A DNA stretch of 64,000 bases from the IMG/VR virus record IMGVR_UViG_3300045988_126562, one strand, 5' to 3'. The DNA is from a virus. Below, in pieces: positions 54,812 to 61,228 of the stretch. The notes below the pieces were generated by a model, which was not told the origin of the DNA, ran no database searches, and saw only the letters and a program-made list of their open reading frames with translations. Positions within the stretch are counted from its first letter, which is position 1; each line of letters begins with the position of its first letter. Made by a program: the position numbers and the translations under genes.

Positions 54812-54964
54812 TTTTATCTTAAAATCCAGCGCGAACTGACCACCTGCGCTACCCCTCCATTACGAGATCCATACTAATAGCCGACTATATTAGCGGTATC
54901 TCAACCTATCTTCTACTTTGGTCGTTGATAGGATAAAACTCCTCCTCTAGTGTGCATCAATATC

Positions 54965-54972
54965 CAAATTTA
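54965..54972 (-). promoter_or_regulatory. Bacteroidota-type -7 promoter box (TAAATTTG) upstream of the split-tRNA/tRNA-Phe unit
   Basis: The minus strand reads TAAATTTG (TAnnTTTG), about 100 nt upstream of the tRNA 5' end. Confidence 0.3.
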
Positions 54973-54996
54973 GAGAGGCAGTAGAAGGAAATATTT

Positions 54997-55323
54997 TTAC
55001 CAGCCATGACCATGCTCTCTTCTGTAAGCTTCAATTTGAGATTGCTCTCTTTCTATGCGGCAGTCTTTTATAAAGGTATCTTCTTTATCTTTACTAACAT
55101 TTTGTTCAAAAGTATTATTTTCTGGTAAATCAAGAAGATTTAAATCTATGGGAAAATCTGTACTATCAGCTAACCAATATATGTATTGCAAATCATAAGA
55201 TTTTATCCATCTCAAAGTCCTTCCTTTGTACTTTCCAAATTGAAGAGGCGAATCCAAATACGAAGATTTTAAATTTTTCAACTTATTAATTAGTTGAATA
55301 TATTCTTCTGAAGTAACTCTCAT
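54997..55323 (-). CDS. Hypothetical protein with FGKYKGRTL...YIYWL motif
   Basis: Start moved to MRVTSEEY (Met22), 1 nt after the upstream stop. The motif resembles small DUF3820-like phage proteins (from memory; unverified). Confidence 0.4.
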   Translation of the reverse strand: MRVTSEEYIQLINKLKNLKSSYLDSPLQFGKYKGRTLRWIKSYDLQYIYWLADSTDFPIDLNLLDLPENNTFEQNVSKDKEDTFIKDCRIEREQSQIEAYRREHGHGW

Positions 55324-55324
55324 A

Positions 55325-55552
55325 TTAATGTTTATTACATAGACAATCTGGATCGTGAACTGTACCATAATTCGTTCCAGTAGCATTATTCAGCATGAAA
55401 GTTATATAATGATGTCCATTATAATAAAACTCTCTAGTTGTTGGAGCAGAATACACATTACCTGCTTTTACTGTAGTAAAAGAGTCAGAAATAACTATAT
55501 ACAGCATTAACGCTATTGATAAAGCTATTAATATCTTTAAAATCTTCTTCAT
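55325..55552 (-). CDS. Small secreted protein
   Basis: 75 aa with signal peptide MKKILKILIALSIALMLYIVIS. Confidence 0.4.
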   Translation of the reverse strand: MKKILKILIALSIALMLYIVISDSFTTVKAGNVYSAPTTREFYYNGHHYITFMLNNATGTNYGTVHDPDCLCNKH

Positions 55553-55577
55553 ATCTTATATATTTTACTAAATTTTG

Positions 55578-55648
55578 TGATTCCAGTCGGACTCGAACCG
55601 ACGTATTTGGTTTTAGGGACCAACGGATAGCCACTCTCCCATGAAATC
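55578..55648 (-). tRNA. Predicted amber-suppressor tRNA (anticodon CUA)
   Basis: Cloverleaf GAUUUCA/UGGAAUC, D arm GGA-GAGUGGCUA-UCC, anticodon stem UUGGU/ACCAA, loop CCCUAAA (anticodon at 55614-55616), T arm GUCGG-UUCGAGU-CCGAC. Position 33 is an unusual C. Confidence 0.6.
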
Positions 55649-55724
55649 CTGAGGCACTATTTTTGCAGTACAGTGCCAATTCATCTGACTCTTTGGTCAA
55701 CCACTCGCATCCCACCAGTTTGTT

Positions 55725-56036
55725 TCACCTGCCAAAGCCTTGTCCGTTGTAAGAGATTAATTTAAGGTTTTTAAAAAGTTTTCCAGAATCTGTAATTGCT
55801 ATTGCTGTAGTTTTATTATTTAAATCAGGCTCTTTGAATAAAGAAAAATCTCTGTTTAACAAATTTAATTTTTCTTTCCATTCTATTATATTAGCAGACA
55901 GATAGATTAAATACTGATTATTCCATTTTTGGTTAGGATGATCAATAATCCATTGAGCAACGGCATGTCCGCCTTGTACACATCCATATATAGGATTAAG
56001 ATTCTGATCTATCAGAACGTATAATCTCTCCTGCAT
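55725..56036 (-). CDS. Putative PTH2-family peptidyl-tRNA hydrolase
   Basis: The by-eye pattern matches PTH2: LYVLIDQNL..YGCVQGGHAVAQ, LFKEPDLNNKTTAIAI, and a C-terminal NLKL. No alignment was run. Confidence 0.4.
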   Translation of the reverse strand: MQERLYVLIDQNLNPIYGCVQGGHAVAQWIIDHPNQKWNNQYLIYLSANIIEWKEKLNLLNRDFSLFKEPDLNNKTTAIAITDSGKLFKNLKLISYNGQGFGR

Positions 56037-56496
56037 ATTTGTCTACTAAACTATTAACCGAATTAATAAACACCTTACCTAAATAAGTTTTTGAAATGTC
56101 AGATTTAGAATCATATGGATCTAAGCCAAAACCATTCCATCCACTTAGCCATTTAGCATGATTAAGAATAGATTTAATATAGTCCTCACTATTCGAAATT
56201 AAGTTATGTTTTAAAATAAAATAAGTGACATACATAACAAATAACTCATCCCTATTCTTCTTTACTTGGTAATCCGCATTAGTTCTAGTTTTATAGTCAT
56301 TCGATTTTCTGTCTGATTTAGCTTTAATTTGCTTAGCTACTAATTCTTTTATTGCTTGTTTCATTGCTTCCATAATAAGTAATTTAAATTGAGTTTTTAC
56401 AACTAATCTATTGATTTTTGATTTCAAAGGTTCAGGTAAAACTCTTATGGAGGCCATAATTTTCGCAGCAACGTCTACATGTGTTTCATCATTCAT
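55996..56496 (-). CDS. Hypothetical protein
   Basis: 166-aa ORF. No motif recognised. Confidence 0.4.
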   Translation of the reverse strand: MNDETHVDVAAKIMASIRVLPEPLKSKINRLVVKTQFKLLIMEAMKQAIKELVAKQIKAKSDRKSNDYKTRTNADYQVKKNRDELFVMYVTYFILKHNLISNSEDYIKSILNHAKWLSGWNGFGLDPYDSKSDISKTYLGKVFINSVNSLVDKYAGEIIRSDRSES

Positions 56497-56541
56497 AAAT
56501 TTTTAATTGTTTAACATCTGGAAACTAAAAGTTTTAATTTG

Positions 56542-56626
56542 TGTACCCTCTGGGACTCGAACCCAGCGTGGGATTACTCCCTCCGGATTAAAAGTCCGGT
56601 GCAGTAGCCAGCTCTGCTCAGGGTAC
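56542..56626 (-). tRNA. tRNA-Lys (UUU) with a 16-nt long variable arm
   Basis: Cloverleaf GUACCCU/AGGGUAC, D arm GCAG-AGCUGGCUA-CUGC, anticodon stem CCGGA/UCCGG, loop CUUUUAA, variable arm AGGGAGUAAUCCCACG (GGGA/UCCC stem), T arm CUGGG-UUCGAGU-CCCAG, discriminator A. Confidence 0.7.
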
Positions 56627-56720
56627 AGATTACAGGATTCATATAAACAGTCCAATATATCCCTAATATACTCTAGTTTAAATTTGCTGTAAGAATCCTT
56701 ATTTCTTTAATACAGTGATG

Positions 56721-56728
56721 CAAAGGTA
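56721..56728 (-). promoter_or_regulatory. Bacteroidota-type -7 promoter box (TACCTTTG) upstream of tRNA-Lys(UUU)
   Basis: The minus strand reads TACCTTTG (TAnnTTTG), about 95 nt upstream of the tRNA 5' end. Confidence 0.3.
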
Positions 56729-56811
56729 GTAATTCTTTTTTACTATTCCAAAATTTTCTATAAGATTTTTATACTAATAGTATACGTATATACTAAATAA
56801 GCGACCTATTG

Positions 56812-57237
56812 TTATAAGTCGCCTTTCTTTATTTTTTTATACAAAGAATAAGGAATTTCATTAAAATTTTCCTTCCCTTCTTCTCTTAATGCTATCATTT
56901 TTACTCCATTTCTGTAGAATACAGTAGGATCAGATTCCAATACATAGTTATCTTTTATATGATTCTCATTGCAATATTCATGGGAATTAAGAAACGGCAA
57001 AACAAGCTTAACCATCTCTCTTATAGGAATAGTAACTTCCTGCATCATAGGAATCCAGTTTGCACAGGTATTTACTGTATGAAGTGGAACGTTACTACCA
57101 GATATAGTTTGCATTCCAGAATTACCCATAAATCGTACATAATCATGGGCTACTATAATTCTTTTTTCTCTAGAAAAATCTAGATCTTCTAATTCTACTT
57201 CAAATTTTCTTTCACTAATCTGTTTTGTTATCTTCAT
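56812..57237 (-). CDS. Hypothetical protein
   Basis: 141-aa ORF. A GCGAC/GUCGC hairpin spans its stop codon. Confidence 0.4.
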   Translation of the reverse strand: MKITKQISERKFEVELEDLDFSREKRIIVAHDYVRFMGNSGMQTISGSNVPLHTVNTCANWIPMMQEVTIPIREMVKLVLPFLNSHEYCNENHIKDNYVLESDPTVFYRNGVKMIALREEGKENFNEIPYSLYKKIKKGDL

Positions 57238-57253
57238 ATCTTAAAATTTAATG

Positions 57254-57594
57254 TGGACGATGAGGGATTCGAACCCTCGTCCTAACTACTTCTCAATAAC
57301 ATAGTATATGCGAAATTACCTTTTTATAGAAGGCTAACTAGGGGAAGCCGATTGGCATCCACTCCACCACTCCATTATAAGTTGGAGAACTATAGAAACC
57401 AATGGTCATTTCTGTTCCTAAGCTGACTTACACTCGACTCTCTTTGCAATTAAGCAGCGATACGAACTTCGTCGATTTCGCGAGAGAAAGAAATTGCATT
57501 ATTCTTTCCATTTAATTGTTTGTACTTATAAGGTAGTCACAACCTTTTCACCTATGTTACCGTTCGTCATAGCAGTCAAAAGCCTGTATCGCCC
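57254..57594 (-). ncRNA. ssrA: tmRNA (SsrA-like)
   Basis: 5' GGGCGAU pairs with 3' AUCGUCC-A, giving a G3-U70 pair and A73 (Ala identity). The 5' GGCUUUUGAC resembles the tmRNA D-loop analogue, and the 3' T arm is GAGGG-UUCGAAU-CCCUC. An internal frame GCA AUU ... AUC GCU GCU UAA (57450-57497) ends in ..IAA-stop. Length ~341 nt. Confidence 0.7.
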
Positions 57595-57897
57595 TTATTT
57601 GCTATAGAATAAAATTTCTCCGTCAATGGTCTTTACTTCCCAACCACTACTTCTATAGAAATTTTCAACATTTCCTTCTTTATTATCCTGGAATGCTTTT
57701 CTTCTTTTATCCTTCTCGTCTCCACTATATTTAGTAAGTACTGCATCCATTATCTCTTCGGTACTTATACTAATAGGAGCTGAATCAGAAAATCTTTTTA
57801 CTAGAAGATCGTTTACTATTGCTATTACTTCATCATTTGCTAATTTAGCACGCAACTCTCTAGCTTTTCCAGGAGTTATAGGATCAACCTTAGCCAT
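57595..57897 (-). CDS. Hypothetical protein
   Basis: 100-aa ORF whose stop codon directly abuts the tmRNA 5' end. Confidence 0.4.
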   Translation of the reverse strand: MAKVDPITPGKARELRAKLANDEVIAIVNDLLVKRFSDSAPISISTEEIMDAVLTKYSGDEKDKRRKAFQDNKEGNVENFYRSSGWEVKTIDGEILFYSK

Positions 57898-57898
57898 A

Positions 57899-58297
57899 TT
57901 ATAATTCTTTTTGACTAGCTGTTACAGCCAATTTATCACATCTATTGTTATATTTATCATCTTTATGCCCCTTTACCCAAGTAAAAGTAACCATGTGATG
58001 AAACCTCATTGCCTTATCGAATCTCTTCCATAGGTCTACATTTTTTCTTCTTTGCCAACCCTTGACAGCACATCCAATAACATACTGTGAATCAGTTATT
58101 ATATTTAGAGCAGATGGTTCAGAAATGGATTCCATAGCTACTATACATGCCATCATTTCCATCTGATTATTTGTAGTATTAATATATGTCTTACTATATT
58201 CTAATACTTCATATCCATCTTTATCTACAATAATTAAGCCTATTCCTCCTTGCCCTCTGGCATAGGAATAGGCTCCATCGGTATAAACTGTATACAT
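57899..58297 (-). CDS. rnhA: Ribonuclease HI
   Basis: DEDD pattern: VYTDGAY, NNQMEMMA, ITDSQYV, NRCDKLA. 132 aa. Confidence 0.8.
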   Translation of the reverse strand: MYTVYTDGAYSYARGQGGIGLIIVDKDGYEVLEYSKTYINTTNNQMEMMACIVAMESISEPSALNIITDSQYVIGCAVKGWQRRKNVDLWKRFDKAMRFHHMVTFTWVKGHKDDKYNNRCDKLAVTASQKEL

Positions 58298-58863
58298 TAG
58301 TAGATTACCAATGCTGATTTGGTCATATCAGAAGTTTGTAATTTATATACCTGCTTAATTGGAAGAATAATATTTCTATCCTCTATGTAAATTTCTGTAG
58401 TTTTGCCACAGTTTTTTCTTACCAAGTATTGTTGATATAGCCCTTCTCCTATGATATGATCAGAAGAAAAATCGGAAGGAGGGACAATAACATGATTAGT
58501 AGCCTGTTTCAACATCTCATTATTATAAGATAGTGAAGCTGATTCATCATATTCTACTACATTTTTAAACAAAGATCTTACTTTGTTTACTTTAGCAGGA
58601 TTAGCTTTATAGCTCACTCCTAGGAATGTAACATTCTCTGGCTCTTTACGCCATATTGTAGATGCCGTGTTCCAGGTAGCTAAATCAATAATCCCAAAGA
58701 GTAATGTAGATACTGGCCTTCTTACTTCGATGATGTTCTCAGAATTAATTCTTCCAGTTTCTGAAAAGAATAGTACATTGTCAAATGTTTTTACTGCAAT
58801 GCCTAGCACTCCAGTTTTAGTTTTTACTAAATCTCCTTGCTTTGCTACTAACTGCTTATTCAT
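58297..58863 (-). CDS. Hypothetical protein
   Basis: 188-aa ORF in a co-oriented array. Confidence 0.4.
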   Translation of the reverse strand: MNKQLVAKQGDLVKTKTGVLGIAVKTFDNVLFFSETGRINSENIIEVRRPVSTLLFGIIDLATWNTASTIWRKEPENVTFLGVSYKANPAKVNKVRSLFKNVVEYDESASLSYNNEMLKQATNHVIVPPSDFSSDHIIGEGLYQQYLVRKNCGKTTEIYIEDRNIILPIKQVYKLQTSDMTKSALVIY

Positions 58864-58864
58864 A

Positions 58865-59758
58865 TTATTTCTTTATTTTTAATGTTGCGTAATTTTGATA
58901 ATCCTCTCCTCCAATAGGCTGTTTAAATTTAACATATCCGGACACTCCATATATTTCTACTTTTGTATCATTAAAGCATACAACGGATACATCGCCCATA
59001 GAATGATTACTTAAAAATCCAATGAGTTCTGAATATAGTCCTTTTCCTATTGTTCTATTTTCTAGAAAATTCTTAGGAACTACAAGATAGAGTTTATCAC
59101 AAGTTTTAATATTTCTAATATTTTCCTCTTCTGATTTATCTCTATACCATTCTACTACTTCATATCCTTCTTGGGAAAGATAAGTAGCTGTTAAGTCTCT
59201 TCCAAAATACGGAGACATATAACTTACTCCTAAAAAGACTTTCACTTTTTGGATATTCATTCTGCTCCATACTACTTTGTACGAGTCAAATTCTCCAATT
59301 AATACCCCTCCTTCTGGATTTACTACTTTAGTTACTTTCTTCAAAAAGGAATCATTTACAACGGTTACACAATCCTTTGCTGGATTATAAGCCCTGAGCG
59401 TTCCTTTATAAGAGGAGATAACGTAAATACTTCCGTCCTCCAGTTTCACCATTTGTCCCTCAGATATGGAAGGAACATTGTTTTCTACCTCAACATCCCA
59501 AATTCCTTTAACAATCCAAAGAGATGCCTCAATTCCTTTTAAGAAGGAGGATACCATCCACTCCAACCATAAAATATCATCTAGAGTACATGCCATTTCT
59601 CCCTCTTTTAAACGAACGGCTCTTATCTTTTTTCCTAAAGATTTTGCTATAGGAGAAAGAGTTGTTACTATTTCTTCATCATTTTTGCATATGAAGTATT
59701 TACCTTCTAGATGCGTTTTGTAAAATTCTTGTTTAGTCATATTATTTAATTGTATCAT
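58865..59758 (-). CDS. Hypothetical protein
   Basis: 297-aa ORF. No motif recognised. Confidence 0.45.
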   Translation of the reverse strand: MIQLNNMTKQEFYKTHLEGKYFICKNDEEIVTTLSPIAKSLGKKIRAVRLKEGEMACTLDDILWLEWMVSSFLKGIEASLWIVKGIWDVEVENNVPSISEGQMVKLEDGSIYVISSYKGTLRAYNPAKDCVTVVNDSFLKKVTKVVNPEGGVLIGEFDSYKVVWSRMNIQKVKVFLGVSYMSPYFGRDLTATYLSQEGYEVVEWYRDKSEEENIRNIKTCDKLYLVVPKNFLENRTIGKGLYSELIGFLSNHSMGDVSVVCFNDTKVEIYGVSGYVKFKQPIGGEDYQNYATLKIKK

Positions 59759-59777
59759 AAGTTTCTAATTTGAAAGG

Positions 59778-59864
59778 CGGAGAGCACTGGAATCGAACCA
59801 GACACCCATACGGAGTGCAATCTGCTTAGCAGGCAGTCCCTATCACCATCAAGGATTACTCTCC
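59778..59864 (-). tRNA. tRNA-Ser (GCU)
   Basis: Acceptor GGAGAGU/GCUCUCC, anticodon loop CUGCUAA, long variable arm with a CACUC/GGGUG stem, T loop UUCGAUU, discriminator G. Confidence 0.75.
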
Positions 59865-59913
59865 AAGTAAATTATGAGGAAAGCATTATTATGCCCCCCC
59901 CCATTTTCTAGAG

Positions 59914-60156
59914 TTACAGCTTAATCATGTCCTCAAACTTTTTAGCCATAGCACGATTGTCAGAGGCAATCTTATTCAGAGCTTCCATTTCTTCCTGAGC
60001 CTTTTTCATCTCTTCTTGCTTCTTAGCTGCCTGAGCTTGAGCTTTATCAGCTAAATTTAACAACTTAGTAATGGTCTTATTAAATATACTTAAGATTGCA
60101 TTACTTTTACTCAGCATATTAGCTGAACTTCTTGAAAACGGATTTGTAAAAATCAT
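59914..60156 (-). CDS. Hypothetical coiled-coil protein
   Basis: 80 aa, with an Ala/Lys/Glu-rich heptad region. Confidence 0.4.
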   Translation of the reverse strand: MIFTNPFSRSSANMLSKSNAILSIFNKTITKLLNLADKAQAQAAKKQEEMKKAQEEMEALNKIASDNRAMAKKFEDMIKL

Positions 60157-60391
60157 AATCTTCTCTTACTTGTTAATTATTAGATATTATTTTAAATTTT
60201 TTATCAAAGGATAGACTATGTTTCTTTCTCCACATACTGTATCTATCCGGACAGAATCACTTCCCAGTAGGATATGGAAAGTCTTATATGAGTTCAATTC
60301 TCAAACGAGTCAGCGCTTTAAATTAACTCGTCATAGTCTATAAGTGCCTTCAGTGGGACTCGAACCCACACGGCCGAAGCCACTAGATCCT

Positions 60392-61228
60392 CAAGCTATG
60401 AGTCTTAGCTTCGACTATGTCTTAACCATATCTTTCGACTTAGGTTGCTGGTATATAGTCTGTACACATTTATAAATTGGGTTGGGCGTCAGGTGTCCCT
60501 CCGTTGTTTTCAGCCTATGTTTTCAAGGCATCCTTCTTTTAAAACATACGAACAAAAACGAATGTTCCCAATTTAACTTAGCTCGGCGTTATTTACATTT
60601 ATAAGGCTGTAACCTTCACCGAATTAGCCAGCTTCTACTTCAAGAGTTTCCTCTTGAGCACTCAATACCTTTCCTGAATAATTGTCTGTTTGTGCATGAC
60701 AATTTGGACAAAGAACTTGTAGATTTTCTAAACGATTATCTGTATGAATTCCGTTTAAATGGTGTAATTCAAGTGAAATAGGATGTCCTAACCACTCAGT
60801 TAAACCGCAGCATTCACATTTATGTTCTTTTATTCCTTCAGACAGAAGACGATTACGGATATTATGAGAAGTCCATCCTGAATTTTCAATTAAAATTTCA
60901 GAAATGTCTTTCTTTTTGATTGACGGATGTTCTCCACTTTTTAATCCTTTATTCCATCGTGCTCCTGTAAAATGACTCATATCTAAATTTAATTGTTGTA
61001 TCTTCTTTTTTACTGTATTAAGATTACCTCCTTTTGGAGATATTCCGATAATTCTACACACTTCGGCGTAAGAATGTCCTTCTTTTACAGCATTAATAAA
61101 TTGTTCTTCTGTATATTTTTTACTTGCCATGGTATATTATTTTAATACACTATTATACTAATAAAAATTGTATACACAAAAAATAATTTTAACTTAATAC
61201 TTCCAATTAATTTAGATGTAATTTTTTT
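60392..61228 (-). mobile_element. Group I intron carrying an HNH homing endonuclease ORF
   Basis: An R-like element CAGACUAUAUACC (60450-60466) and an S-like element AAGACAUAGUCG (60412-60423). A terminal hairpin AAGCUA..UAGCUU is followed by G at the 3' junction. Insertion position is 34/35, as in the classic tRNA-Leu intron. Confidence 0.65.
60624..61130 (-). CDS. HNH homing endonuclease (intron-encoded)
   Basis: Contains CECCG...HHLNGIHTDNRLENLQVLCPNCH. Alignable along its length with 54264..54734. Confidence 0.8.
   Translation of the reverse strand: MASKKYTEEQFINAVKEGHSYAEVCRIIGISPKGGNLNTVKKKIQQLNLDMSHFTGARWNKGLKSGEHPSIKKKDISEILIENSGWTSHNIRNRLLSEGIKEHKCECCGLTEWLGHPISLELHHLNGIHTDNRLENLQVLCPNCHAQTDNYSGKVLSAQEETLEVEAG

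Larger units (their letters stand above)
54263..54815 (-). mobile_element. Insertion cassette (tRNA-Phe plus HNH endonuclease gene) within the split tRNA
   Basis: Everything between the two tRNA halves is accounted for by a complete tRNA-Phe and an HNH ORF. No group I R/S-type core elements are visible. Confidence 0.4.
54228..54858 (-). tRNA. Split tRNA gene (5' half ~54816-54858, 3' half 54228-~54262) interrupted in the anticodon loop
   Basis: The 5' half is GGAGGGG-UA-GCGC...GCGC-U-GGAUU. The 3' half is AAUCC-AGAGAU-GUGGG-UUCGACU-CCCAC-CUCCUCC-A. The acceptor (7 bp, one G-U) and anticodon stem (5-6 bp) are mutually complementary. Anticodon identity is ambiguous. Confidence 0.55.

Noticed and set aside
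54859-54964. Possible group I S-like element (AAUAUAGUCGG) and alternative GGAGGAG acceptor partner in the leader upstream of the split tRNA
   Set aside because: There is no matching R element, no P7-like pairing and no D-arm after GGAGGAG. The resemblance is short and probably fortuitous.
55485-55715. Track ORF 55485-55715 (76 aa) and plus-strand ORF 56507-56692
   Set aside because: Both are read-throughs of tRNA genes (the CUA suppressor plus its tRNA-like leader, and tRNA-Lys UUU). The GC-rich RNA genes are simply stop-free by chance.
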